The position numbers were made by a program, and so were the translations under genes. Shown in pieces: positions 1 through 9,482 of a stretch of DNA of 64,000 bases (the first letter of the stretch is position 1; each line of letters begins with the position of its first letter). The notes under the pieces are model-generated. The model ran no database searches. It saw only the letters and a list, made by a program, of their open reading frames with translations, and was not told the origin of the DNA. Where the stretch lies: sequence record DRR378314_166, one strand, 5' to 3'.

Positions 1-453
1 TGTGCCGCCGATCAGAAGCGCGGCAATTCCCATGATAATCAGCCGGTAAAGGGGATAGCTAAAGTCACCGATCGTTAAAGACGTGCTGAGCGGGGTGACA
101 ACACTTTGGGCTTCGGGGCCAAAAGTGAGGACAATGGCCTGTTTGAGAGCAATGGACAAACCCCATGTGGCAAGGATGGTGTCCAGCGGGCGCAGATAAA
201 TATGGCGGATGAGAAAATATTCGATGACGAAACCAATAGCCCCAACAACAAGCGGCGCCAACAGGACACCGATCCAGAAGGGCAGCCCGATTGTTTGCGC
301 CATCACCATCACATATGCCCCCAGCATAAACAGCTCCCCATGGGCCATATTGATAACCCCCATCATGCCAAACACGATCATGAGGCCAAGAGCGATGAGA
401 ACCAGGATAAGGATATAAGAGGTCGCATCAACCAGAGGGATGAGAATATCCAT
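1..453 (-). CDS. Branched-chain amino acid/urea ABC transporter permease (LivH/UrtB-like), 3' end outside window
   Basis: Not in the ORF track; my translation from ATG at 453 reads MDILIPLVDATSYILILVLIALGLMIVFGMMGVINMAHGELFMLGAY. The G-V-I-N-M-A-H-G-E motif is the LivH/UrtB signature. Directly follows the ATPase gene. Confidence 0.9.
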   Translation of the reverse strand, partial: MDILIPLVDATSYILILVLIALGLMIVFGMMGVINMAHGELFMLGAYVMVMAQTIGLPFWIGVLLAPLVVGAIGFVIEYFLIRHIYLRPLDTILATWGLSIALKQAIVLTFGPEAQSVVTPLSTSLTIGDFSYPLYRLIIMGIAALLIGGT

Positions 454-454
454 T

Positions 455-1159
455 TCAGACTCCCAAATACCGGTGTGCAAGATCAGGGTCGGATTTGAAA
501 GTCTGCGCAGGAACTATTTCCTTAATCTCCCCATTTTCCAAAAACTGAACTTCATCGGCCATCGCCTGCACCATTGTTATATTCTGTTCGACCATCAGAA
601 TAGTAAGGCCCGTCTCACTGGCAATCGTTTTTAAACTTGTACCGATTTCCTGAACGATGCTGGGCTGAATCCCCTCTGTCGGTTCATCCAGAAGAAGGAT
701 GTCGGGATCGGTCAGAAGGGCCCGGGCGATGGCAAGAATTTGTTGCTGACCGCCGGAGAAGGTGCCTGCTTTTTGGGATAATCGTTCTTTTAAAATTGGA
801 AACCAGCCGTAAATCTGATCCAGATTTTGCAGGTTGCTCAAGTCGGAGCCGAGGGCGGCCAGGCGTAAATTGTCGGCAACTGTAAATTGCTCAAAGATTT
901 CCCGGCCTTGCGGTACATATCCGATCCCGAGCTGTGCAATCTGATGTGTCTTGAGATGCTCCAGATGGGCACCGGCAAAAGAGATGGAGCCTTGTTGCGT
1001 GGGAAGTAGTCCCATAATTGTTTTCATCAATGTGGTTTTGCCCATGCCATTCCGGCCCATGATCGCGGTGATTTTTCCTTGTTTCACCTGTGTTGAGAGG
1101 CCTTTGAGGATCATAGCTTCACCATAACCGGAAATCAGACCCTGAACATCAAGCATCAT
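455..1159 (-). CDS. ABC transporter ATP-binding protein (UrtE/LivF-like)
   Basis: Walker A GRNGMGKT, YVPQGREIF, FSGGQQQ, LLLDEPTEGIQP. Start moved to ATG 1159 because GGAGG lies at 1165-1169. Confidence 0.92.
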   Translation of the reverse strand: MMLDVQGLISGYGEAMILKGLSTQVKQGKITAIMGRNGMGKTTLMKTIMGLLPTQQGSISFAGAHLEHLKTHQIAQLGIGYVPQGREIFEQFTVADNLRLAALGSDLSNLQNLDQIYGWFPILKERLSQKAGTFSGGQQQILAIARALLTDPDILLLDEPTEGIQPSIVQEIGTSLKTIASETGLTILMVEQNITMVQAMADEVQFLENGEIKEIVPAQTFKSDPDLAHRYLGV

Positions 1160-1886
1160 AAGTGCCTCCTGTTCCGAAATAGAGGTCCTGGACTTCCCGG
1201 TCATTGCGGATGCTGGCAAATGATCCGGACTTTAGAACCTGCCCTTTGCTCATAACCGTTAAGGGACAATTCAACTGCTCGATAAATGAAATGTCATGCT
1301 CGATAACGATGACCGTCAAATTTTGGGTCCTGGTCAATTTCTGGATTAATCCGGCAGTTGCTTCGGTTTCACCAACGGTCATGCCGGCGGTCGGTTCATC
1401 CAGTAAAAAAAGTTGTGGGGATTGCAACAAAACCATGCCGATTTCCAGCCATTGTTTCTCCCCATGAGACAGGTGGCTGGCAACAATATCTTGTTTATGG
1501 GTTAGGTTTATCAGGTCCAGTATTTCGTCTGGATTGGTTTTTGGAAAATCAGAGGCGAGATGATGCGGGGCGAGGATGGGTATCCGAAGGTTCTGTGCGA
1601 CGGTTAAATCCAGAAAGAGGGAAGGCACCTGAAATTTTCGTCCAACCCCCAATTTGGCAATCTGCTGGGTGCTAAGGGTGGTGAGATCTGTTCCCCGTAG
1701 GCGGATTGCGCCTTCGTCAGCCGAAAATGTCCCGCTGATCAAGTTAAACAGGGTTGATTTGCCGCAGCCATTAGGTCCGATAATGGCGGTTGTACTCCCT
1801 TCGTCTATGGACAGGGAAAACTGATCAACGGCGGTTAATCCACCGAATCTTTTTGATAACGACTCTATTTCAAGAAAAGGCATCAT
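1149..1886 (-). CDS. ABC transporter ATP-binding protein (UrtD/LivG-like)
   Basis: GPNGCGKS, GVGRKFQ, LSHGEKQWLEI, LLDEPTAGM. Start at MMPFLEIE (1886 or 1883). Confidence 0.92.
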   Translation of the reverse strand: MMPFLEIESLSKRFGGLTAVDQFSLSIDEGSTTAIIGPNGCGKSTLFNLISGTFSADEGAIRLRGTDLTTLSTQQIAKLGVGRKFQVPSLFLDLTVAQNLRIPILAPHHLASDFPKTNPDEILDLINLTHKQDIVASHLSHGEKQWLEIGMVLLQSPQLFLLDEPTAGMTVGETEATAGLIQKLTRTQNLTVIVIEHDISFIEQLNCPLTVMSKGQVLKSGSFASIRNDREVQDLYFGTGGTYDA

Positions 1887-1906
1887 TTTTATCAACACTG
1901 TAAGTA

Positions 1907-1934
1907 GACAAACAGAAAACAAGTCCTGTTTGTC
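1907..1934. promoter_or_regulatory. Inverted repeat GACAAACAG-N10-CTGTTTGTC, candidate operator upstream of the ABC ATPase genes
   Basis: Perfect 9-bp arms in the divergent intergenic region. Confidence 0.45.
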
Positions 1935-2078
1935 AGTACTCAAATAGTTATAATTGTTAGTGTGCAAAAAGCTTTGCCTGTTTTTTAAACAAAATCGCAA
2001 AAAATGTCTAAAAAACAATCTTCTATACTTGCGGATTTATCCATATGCGCCATAAACACACCAACGAAACTCTAGATA

Positions 2079-2099
2079 TATTTCATATTTTATGAAATA
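2079..2099. promoter_or_regulatory. Palindrome TATTTCATA-TTT-TATGAAATA, candidate operator upstream of the binding-protein gene
   Basis: Perfect 9-bp arms about 40 nt upstream of ATG 2137. The context is AT-rich, so chance cannot be excluded. Confidence 0.4.
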
Positions 2100-2136
2100 G
2101 TATTGTTTGTAAACGAATAATTTATGGGGACTGGCA

Positions 2137-3306
2137 ATGACACTTATTTCAAGAAGAAATCTGCTTATGACAGCATCTGCAGCGGCCGCTGCGGCAAGTT
2201 TTCCGATGCCCTCAGTTGCAGCTGGTAAAACAATTAAGCTGGGAGCGGTGCAACCGTTTTCAGGGGGGCTTGAATTGTTTGGTAAACAGGCGCAGATGGG
2301 CCTGAACCTAGCTGCGGCTGAAATAAACGCGGCCGGCGGTATTATGGGGCACCCGGTTGAAGTTCTGTATGAAGATAATAAGACCGACCCTAAAACATCA
2401 GTAGAACGGGCCCGTAAAGTCATTCAACGCGATGAGGCGATCGCAGTTTCCGGCCCGATTACGTCGGCCGCGCGGGATGCGATGGCAGGAACCATGAAAC
2501 GAATGAAAACCCCGCTTCTATATGCCACAAATTATGAAGGCGGCATTTGTGATCGGTATCTTTTCTCGTTTAACACGGTTCCCAATCAGGACACCGCGCC
2601 GCTGATCCCCTATTTGAAAGAGGCTGGTATTGGCGATAGTTATTACATGTTTGGTGCCGATTATGTCTGGCCACGGAATATGTTTAAAGCCGCGAATGCG
2701 ATGATCGAGCAGGTTGGCGGAAGCGCTGTTGGAGAAGAATACACCCCGTTTGGTGTGAAAGATTTCTCATCCGTTATTCGCAAGATTGCCGATTCCGGTG
2801 CGAAAATTCTCCTGTTTGCACTGCCTGGTGCAGACGGCATTACCTTCATCAAACAAGCCGAAGAATTTGGTCTGATGGAAAAGGTAACGGTGGCATTCCT
2901 TGGTTTTGCAGAAACCTATCTGGGTGCCTTTGGCGCCGGAAAAGGAGAGGGAATGTATGCAGGACTTCCCATGGTGGCCAATTCAGACGAGCCGGGTGTG
3001 AAGGAGTTCGTTTCTAAAATTCGAAAGCAGGAGGGGGAAGACGCTGTTGTTTCCTTCTATGTAATGACCCATTATAATTCTTTGATGGCGTTAAAAGGCG
3101 GGCTTGAGCGGGCCGGAAAAGTCGACAAAGAAGCGTTGATCGATGGCATGGCAGGCCTGACATTTGATATTCCAACTGGTAAAGCGATGATTACAGAGGC
3201 TGACCATCATGTCGCGATGAATATGTATATCGGAAAAACCGGTGGTGGCAGTCTGAACGTGGAAAAAGCGCTGGGGGTTATCGACCCTGCAAATCAATGT
3301 GGTTAG
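2137..3306 (+). CDS. ABC substrate-binding protein, AmiC/UrtA/Liv family, Tat-exported
   Basis: Twin-arginine signal SRRNLL...AAA, IKLG..PFSG, EINAAGGIMG, YATNYEG, GADYVWPR. Divergent from the Urt/Liv-like ATPase and permease genes. Confidence 0.88.
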   Translation: MTLISRRNLLMTASAAAAAASFPMPSVAAGKTIKLGAVQPFSGGLELFGKQAQMGLNLAAAEINAAGGIMGHPVEVLYEDNKTDPKTSVERARKVIQRDEAIAVSGPITSAARDAMAGTMKRMKTPLLYATNYEGGICDRYLFSFNTVPNQDTAPLIPYLKEAGIGDSYYMFGADYVWPRNMFKAANAMIEQVGGSAVGEEYTPFGVKDFSSVIRKIADSGAKILLFALPGADGITFIKQAEEFGLMEKVTVAFLGFAETYLGAFGAGKGEGMYAGLPMVANSDEPGVKEFVSKIRKQEGEDAVVSFYVMTHYNSLMALKGGLERAGKVDKEALIDGMAGLTFDIPTGKAMITEADHHVAMNMYIGKTGGGSLNVEKALGVIDPANQCG

Positions 3307-3334
3307 GCTGAGCTTTGTGTAATGGGGTTTAACA

Positions 3335-4063
3335 ATGCAAACGGAACAAATTACAGCAGCACTTTCTGAAGCTATGCCGATCGCGGTTGGCAAACTGGAC
3401 CTGCGCGAGGATTGCCAAAAAGTCGGGCTGATTATTGTGGATGAGGTAAATGGGTTTGCAACGGTAGGGGCCGGAAATCTGGCCCCGCCGGTTCCCAATG
3501 AGCAAGTCACCACCATGGTGAGTGAGACAGACCGGCTGGCCAAGCAGTTTACCTCTGAAAGCTGGCCTGTACTTGCCTTTCTGGATACTCATGTTCCTGG
3601 CAAGCCAGAGCCGCCTTATCCCCCTCATTGCGAAGCGGGAACAGGTGAAGAAGAACTGGTTCCTGAGTTGAAATGGCTGGAAACCGACGCCAACACAACC
3701 CTTGTTCGTAAAGACTGTATCAACGGATTTGTCGGCGCCATCAGTCAATCTGGTGAAAATGCCGTGGTTGAATGGGTTAAAGCCAATCAACTGACGGATA
3801 TTCTGGTTGTTGGAATTTGTACTGATATCTGTGTGATGGATTTCGTTTTGACAAGCCTGAGTGCGCGCAATCACGATATGATGCCGGGGCTAGAGAATAT
3901 CCATGTCTATGATAAAGGATGTTCGACCTTTAATCTGCCGTTAGAGGTGGCGCGAGAGATTGGTCTGCCGGATCAGGCCGCGCACCCCCAGGATATCACT
4001 CATTATATGGGGCTATATTTCATGGCCTCTCGCGGAGCAAATCTGGTCGGAACGGTCACCTGA
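3335..4063 (+). CDS. Isochorismatase-family cysteine hydrolase, likely nicotinamidase (plant NIC1-like)
   Basis: IIVDEVNGF, FLDTH, PYPPHC, RKDCINGF and GICTDICV supply the Asp-Lys-Cys triad and metal-binding residues. Confidence 0.8.
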   Translation: MQTEQITAALSEAMPIAVGKLDLREDCQKVGLIIVDEVNGFATVGAGNLAPPVPNEQVTTMVSETDRLAKQFTSESWPVLAFLDTHVPGKPEPPYPPHCEAGTGEEELVPELKWLETDANTTLVRKDCINGFVGAISQSGENAVVEWVKANQLTDILVVGICTDICVMDFVLTSLSARNHDMMPGLENIHVYDKGCSTFNLPLEVAREIGLPDQAAHPQDITHYMGLYFMASRGANLVGTVT

Positions 4064-4069
4064 CTTATC

Positions 4070-4086
4070 TATAACTTCAAATTATA
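4070..4086. promoter_or_regulatory. LysR-type site candidate TATAA-N7-TTATA upstream of phnA
   Basis: Dyad containing the T-N11-A core typical of LysR sites. No LysR gene in the window. Confidence 0.35.
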
Positions 4087-4231
4087 AGATCGATTATGAA
4101 TATCGATTTTATTTATTTATAGTTCGTTCCTATACTCCCCATAAATCTGCAATAGAATTATGGCATTCTCATCAGTCAATCAGACGAAAAATCAATGGCT
4201 TGAAGAATGACTTGGAGTAAAGGATCTAACG

Positions 4232-5470
4232 ATGTCAAACGCTGAAATCACTGTAAACGGACGCAGCTATGCCTGGCCGAAACAGCCCGTCGTCGTGGTT
4301 TGTATTGATGGGAGTGAACCTGCCTATATCGAGCAAGCCATCAAAGATGGTGTTATGCCCTACATGGAAAAGGCATTGGCCAGCGGAACTGACCTTCGGG
4401 CGGATTGTGTGGTGCCCAGTTTTACCAACCCCAATAACCTGTCCATTGTAACGGGCCAGCCACCCAAGGTACACGGGATCTGCGGAAATTACTTCTATGA
4501 TGTGGATGCCGATGCCGAGGTGATGATGAATGATCCTAAATTCCTGCGGGTGCCAACAATTTTCAAGGCTTTCTATGATGAAGGCGCGAAAATTGCGGTG
4601 GTTACTGCCAAGGATAAATTGCGCAAACTGCTGGGGCATGGTCTGGAGGTCACAAGTGGCCGCGCTATTTGTTTTTCGTCAGAAAAATCAGCTGACGCAA
4701 CTCTGGCGGAGAATGGAATTGACGATGCGGCCAGTTGGATTGGCCGGGAGGTTCCTTCCGTCTATTCCGCAGAATTAAGCGAATTTATCTTCGCTTCGGG
4801 TGTCAAGCTGATGGATGAATTCAAGCCCGACCTGATGTATCTTTCCACGACTGATTATATTCAGCATAAGCATGCGCCAGGTACGCCCGTTGCCAATGAA
4901 TTCTATGCGATGCTGGACAAATATATGGCCGAGCTGGATGCGCGCGGGGCTGTTATTGCATTGACTGCTGATCATGGTATGAAGCCAAAATTTGGCGCTG
5001 ATGGTCAGCCGGATGTGATCTACCTGCAGGACGTTTTGGATGAATGGTTAGGCGCGGGTGAGGCGCGGGTTATTCTGCCGATTACAGATCCCTATGTGGT
5101 TCATCATGGTGCGCTGGGTTCCTTCGCAACGGCCTATCTGCCCGAAGAGGGTCGCGCCGAAATTATTGAACGTTTGAAAGGGATTGACGGAATCGCGGAA
5201 AGCCTTTCACGCACGGATGGTTGTGAGAAGTTTGAGCTGCCTGAAGATCGAACTGGTGATGTGATCCTGGTATCGACCACCAATAAGGTTTTGGGGACGA
5301 GTGCCAGTAAGCATGATTTGACGGCTTTAAAAGAGCCGCTTCGCTCTCATGGTGGTATCTCTGAACAGAAAGTTCCGCTCCTTTGTAATAAACCTGCGAG
5401 TGGAGTGGATGATGGTCGTCGCCTTCGAAATTTCGATATTTTCGATATGGCCCTTAATTTTGCACAATAA
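4232..5470 (+). CDS. phnA: Phosphonoacetate hydrolase
   Basis: VVCIDG, VPSFTNPNNLSIVTG, YLSTTDYIQHK, TADHGM, VILPITDPYVVHHGALGS, LRSHGG, LRNFDIF. Adjacent to phnY. Confidence 0.95.
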   Translation: MSNAEITVNGRSYAWPKQPVVVVCIDGSEPAYIEQAIKDGVMPYMEKALASGTDLRADCVVPSFTNPNNLSIVTGQPPKVHGICGNYFYDVDADAEVMMNDPKFLRVPTIFKAFYDEGAKIAVVTAKDKLRKLLGHGLEVTSGRAICFSSEKSADATLAENGIDDAASWIGREVPSVYSAELSEFIFASGVKLMDEFKPDLMYLSTTDYIQHKHAPGTPVANEFYAMLDKYMAELDARGAVIALTADHGMKPKFGADGQPDVIYLQDVLDEWLGAGEARVILPITDPYVVHHGALGSFATAYLPEEGRAEIIERLKGIDGIAESLSRTDGCEKFELPEDRTGDVILVSTTNKVLGTSASKHDLTALKEPLRSHGGISEQKVPLLCNKPASGVDDGRRLRNFDIFDMALNFAQ

Positions 5471-5482
5471 GGACGCGCGAAG

Positions 5483-6910
5483 ATGACATTTGAATTTCGA
5501 AAAGAGCAAATGCGTATTGCCGGTGAAAAGGTGGATACGCCTGATCATATTGGGGTTTATCATCCCTATGATGGTCGGGAAATTGGATCAATTCCGGCGG
5601 GAAAAGTGGAACATGTCCGCCAGGCATTTGAAAAGGCTTCGGCATATCGGCCAACTTTGTCGCGCCATGATCGGTACGCCATTTTGCAGAAAACCGCAGA
5701 TATTCTTATGGCGCGAAAAGAGGAAATCTCCGATACAATTACAGCGGAAGCGGGCCTTTGCAAAAAAGACAGTCTCTATGAAGTTGGTAGGGCCTATGAC
5801 GTTTTCAGCCTGTCGGCACGGTTATGCAGTATGGATGATGGGGAGATTTTCTCCTGCGATATCACACCGCATGGGAAAGAGCGAAAAATCTTTACGCTGC
5901 GTGAGCCGCTGGAGGCGATCAGTGCGATTACGCCTTTTAATCACCCCCTGAACCAGGTGGCCCATAAAGTCGCGCCCTCCATAGCAACAAACAATTGCAT
6001 GGTATTGAAGCCAACGGAAAAAACCCCGCTGACTGCGTTGTTGTTAGCAGATGTGCTTTATGATGCGGGTTTGCCTCCAGAAATGTTTTCTGTTGTAACC
6101 GGTCACCCCGAAGACATTGCTGATGAAATGCTCCTGAACGAACATGCTGAGTTGGTCACCTTCACAGGCGGCGTTCCGATCGGTAAATATATTGCTGAAA
6201 AAGCTGGCTATAAGCGAAAAATTCTTGAGCTTGGCGGTAATGATCCGTTGATTATTCTTAAAGATGCGGATCTTGAAAAAGCGTCTGACCTTGCTGTTGC
6301 GGGGGCGTATAAAAATTCCGGACAGCGCTGTACTGCTGTCAAACGGATCCTGGTGGATGACAGTGTCGCGGATCAGTTTGTTGAGCTGCTGGCTTTGAAA
6401 ACGGCAAAATTGCAATATGGTGATCCGTTTGATCCATCCGTCGATATGGGAACGGTGATTAACGAAGCGTCTGCCAAGTTGTTTGAGGCGCGGGTTGAAG
6501 ATGCCATTTCCAAAGGCGCCAAACTGGTTCATGGGAACAAGCGGGATGGGGCTCTTTACTCCCCAACGGTGGTGGATCATGTGCCCTATGACTGCGAACT
6601 GGTAAAAGAAGAAACATTTGGCCCGGTTGCGCCGGTTATTCGGTTTAAAGATGTTGATGAGGCTATTCGAATATCCAATTCAACAGCATTTGGACTTTCC
6701 TCTGGCGTGTGTACGGATAGCTGGCCGCATATCAAGCGGTTTATCCAGGAACTGAAGGTTGGCACGGTCAATATCTGGGAAGTTCCGGGATACCGGATTG
6801 AAATGTCGCCTTTCGGGGGCATTAAGGATTCCGGTCTTGGATATAAAGAAGGCGTGTTGGAAGCAATGAAAAGCTTTACCAATGTGAAAACCTATTCACT
6901 TCCCTGGTAA
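5483..6910 (+). CDS. phnY: Phosphonoacetaldehyde dehydrogenase
   Basis: ALDH motifs [28 protein letters not shown]; PhnY-type [10 protein letters not shown] and [24 protein letters not shown]. Follows phnA. Confidence 0.93.
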   Translation: MTFEFRKEQMRIAGEKVDTPDHIGVYHPYDGREIGSIPAGKVEHVRQAFEKASAYRPTLSRHDRYAILQKTADILMARKEEISDTITAEAGLCKKDSLYEVGRAYDVFSLSARLCSMDDGEIFSCDITPHGKERKIFTLREPLEAISAITPFNHPLNQVAHKVAPSIATNNCMVLKPTEKTPLTALLLADVLYDAGLPPEMFSVVTGHPEDIADEMLLNEHAELVTFTGGVPIGKYIAEKAGYKRKILELGGNDPLIILKDADLEKASDLAVAGAYKNSGQRCTAVKRILVDDSVADQFVELLALKTAKLQYGDPFDPSVDMGTVINEASAKLFEARVEDAISKGAKLVHGNKRDGALYSPTVVDHVPYDCELVKEETFGPVAPVIRFKDVDEAIRISNSTAFGLSSGVCTDSWPHIKRFIQELKVGTVNIWEVPGYRIEMSPFGGIKDSGLGYKEGVLEAMKSFTNVKTYSLPW

Positions 6911-6929
6911 GCTTAGGGTTGTGCCATGC

Positions 6930-6964
6930 AAAAAACCGCATCGTCTTGCGATGCGGTTTTTTTT
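6930..6964. terminator. Intrinsic terminator after phnY (possibly bidirectional)
   Basis: AAAAAACCGCATCG-tcttg-CGATGCGGTTTTTTTT. Confidence 0.9.
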
Positions 6965-7050
6965 GTGTTCACATCAAATTGAAAAGTAATTTTCAATAAA
7001 ACCAGTATGGTGGAGCGGTTTTTTCGGGAAGGCCTGCGCCGGGGGATTTA

Positions 7051-8112
7051 TTGGTGTCGACACTGGAGCTACGGGATGTTGTGGCGGGTTTTGAAAGCGG
7101 CTCTGAAATAGGACCGATCAATCTCTCCATCGAGCAGGGTAAAATGCTAGCGCTTCTTGGGGCGTCTGGTTCCGGGAAAACCACGACCTTGCGGCTGATT
7201 GCTGGTCTTCATAACCCCATATCCGGCGATATTGTCTTTCGCGGAAATTCGTTGGCGGGATTGTCTGCCAAAAAACGAAAAGTCGGCATGGTATTTCAGA
7301 ATTTCGGTTTGTTTCCGCATATGACGGTTGAGAAAAACATTACCTTTGGGCCGCGAATGAACCGCCTCTCAAACGCTGAAATATCGACCCGATTAATCAA
7401 AATGATCAAAGCCATGAAACTCGAAGGGTTAGAGCAGCGTTTCCCTCATCAGCTTTCAGGGGGACAACAGCAGCGGGCTGCGCTTGCACGGACCCTGATA
7501 CTGGATCCAGATATCTTATTGCTGGATGAGCCCTTATCAAATCTGGATGCTAATCTTCGAAAAGAAACGGCATCTTTTATCTCAGGTCTGCAAAGGGAAT
7601 TTGAAATTACCACGGTTTTCGTTACCCATGACCAGGAGGAAGCGTTGCTTCTTGCGGATCAAGTGGCAATCCTCGATCAGGGAACCGTGCTGCAAACTGC
7701 GTCCCCCAGGGACATTTGTGAAAAGCCGCGCTCAAAAATGATTGCCAACTTTATGGGCGCTGAAAATCTTATTCCGGTTAGTGGGCAAGTGGGAGCTGAT
7801 CTGGAAACACCACTTGGGACACTTCGTGTTTTACCTGACGCTTTAAAAATAAACCCATCGCCAGTTTGTTTAATGGTCCGACCAGAACATATCGGTTTAA
7901 CTGACCCGAATTCGAAAGTGAAAGAAGCGGGGGCAAACCAGATCGCCGGACGTGTTCTCACTACCCGCTATTTAGGCGGAGATATATCCTATCGGATCCA
8001 GGTAAAGTCAGAAATCCTATCAGTTCGAACGCATAGCCGTAGTCAATTTACAGAAGGGCAAGAGGTCATGGTTTCTGTGTTTCCGGAAACCTTGTGGCCA
8101 ATATCGCATTAA
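7051..8112 (+). CDS. ABC transporter ATP-binding protein (PotA/FbpC-like, C-terminal TOBE region)
   Basis: GASGSGKT, LSGGQQQR, LLLDEPLSNLD, VTHDQEEA. Start 7051 (TTG) or 7054 (GTG). Confidence 0.9.
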   Translation: MVSTLELRDVVAGFESGSEIGPINLSIEQGKMLALLGASGSGKTTTLRLIAGLHNPISGDIVFRGNSLAGLSAKKRKVGMVFQNFGLFPHMTVEKNITFGPRMNRLSNAEISTRLIKMIKAMKLEGLEQRFPHQLSGGQQQRAALARTLILDPDILLLDEPLSNLDANLRKETASFISGLQREFEITTVFVTHDQEEALLLADQVAILDQGTVLQTASPRDICEKPRSKMIANFMGAENLIPVSGQVGADLETPLGTLRVLPDALKINPSPVCLMVRPEHIGLTDPNSKVKEAGANQIAGRVLTTRYLGGDISYRIQVKSEILSVRTHSRSQFTEGQEVMVSVFPETLWPISH

Positions 8113-8129
8113 CGACAGAGGCAGGTAGT

Positions 8130-9482
8130 ATGATAAAAAATGGAAAACTATTCTTGGCCGGTTTGACCCTCGGGATCAGCCTTTGGGCAAGCGCCGGCGT
8201 CGCAAAAGACGAAGCGGCCGAACAATTCAGAGATGCCTTTTTAAACGGTGATCTGGAGTGGCAAGCTGTATTGGATCGGGCCCGTGAAGAAGGCGAGGTT
8301 AATTGGTTCCATTGGGGCGGGAGCGAGCAACTGAACGGATGGATTGCAGCGAACGTTGCCCCCGAACTTGAGAGGCGGGGTATTGAACTGAAGACAACCC
8401 GCATTGCCGGGACCCGAGAGGCGGTGGATCTGGTGTTAACGGAAAAGCAGACAGGCCGCGGACTTGGAGAGGGCAGTGTGGATGCAATTTGGTTGAATGG
8501 CGACAACTTCCTGACACTTGTCCGGCAGGATGCGCTTTTCGGGTCATTTGCTGGATCCTTGCCAAATTCCCGCTATTTCATTTTTGATCCGGCCGACCCT
8601 GTATCGAATTTGAACCTATCGGATTTCGGCACGCCGACACAGGCGCGGGAAATGCCCTGGTCGGGGGAGCAATATGTCTGCTACTTCGAGGCAAGCCGGT
8701 TGAAGCGCGATGATGCGCCGCAAACTTTTCCGGAACTTTATAATTGGCTGCAGAAAAACCCAGGACGTTTTACCTATGTAAAACCACCCAATTATGTTGG
8801 TAATACCTTTGTGCAGTCCGTCCTTTATGCCTTCAACCCTAAAGGAAGTGGATTTAAAGAGTTCCAACGATCTATTGACAGTTTTTCTGCAGAGGAGTTT
8901 GCAGCTCTCGTTCAGCCGGGATTTGAGTATCTGAAACGGTTGGAGCCACTGCTTCTTGGTGGGGGTGATCCGATTTATCCGCAAAGTCAGGCGGTCAATC
9001 AAACTCTGTTTAATAACGGAGAGGTGGATATGGGCTGTGAATTCGGTCTTTATCTTGTTGCCAGTTTGCGCCAGACAGGCACCTTCTCAGAGACAACAGA
9101 GACGCTCATTTTTCCAAAAGGCGGTATGATCAAGAATAAAAACTTTATCGCTATTCCGGAAAATGCGCCCCATCCCGCTGCAGCTCTTGTTTTGGCAAAT
9201 GTGCTTGCATCCTTGGAGCTGCAAATGTCCAAATTGAAGGAAATTGGATATCCGCTGGGTGCCGATATGGAGACTTTAACAGTGGATCAAAAAGCACAGG
9301 TTGCCGCTGCCGCGCCAGATCATTTTGGGGTCACCGCCGATGAGCTGGCCAATTCAGCGGTGCCAGATACCAATGCGTCCCTGGTAAAAGTTATTCAGTC
9401 CATCTGGAGCGATTATATCGAGCGGGGTTCTCAGGAAGAGTTCACGGATATTGTTCGAAATGCGATGGAAAAAGCCAAGTGA
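8130..9482 (+). CDS. ABC substrate-binding protein, YnjB-like
   Basis: Signal peptide, VNWFHWGG, GSVDAIWLNGDNF, NPGRFTY.KPP...GNTF, FIAIPENA...AA.VLAN. Start moved to ATG 8130. Confidence 0.75.
   Translation: MIKNGKLFLAGLTLGISLWASAGVAKDEAAEQFRDAFLNGDLEWQAVLDRAREEGEVNWFHWGGSEQLNGWIAANVAPELERRGIELKTTRIAGTREAVDLVLTEKQTGRGLGEGSVDAIWLNGDNFLTLVRQDALFGSFAGSLPNSRYFIFDPADPVSNLNLSDFGTPTQAREMPWSGEQYVCYFEASRLKRDDAPQTFPELYNWLQKNPGRFTYVKPPNYVGNTFVQSVLYAFNPKGSGFKEFQRSIDSFSAEEFAALVQPGFEYLKRLEPLLLGGGDPIYPQSQAVNQTLFNNGEVDMGCEFGLYLVASLRQTGTFSETTETLIFPKGGMIKNKNFIAIPENAPHPAAALVLANVLASLELQMSKLKEIGYPLGADMETLTVDQKAQVAAAAPDHFGVTADELANSAVPDTNASLVKVIQSIWSDYIERGSQEEFTDIVRNAMEKAK

Noticed and set aside
106-498. 130-aa plus-strand ORF rich in His/Asp/Asn
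   Set aside because: Antisense reading of the hydrophobic LivH/UrtB permease at 1-453.
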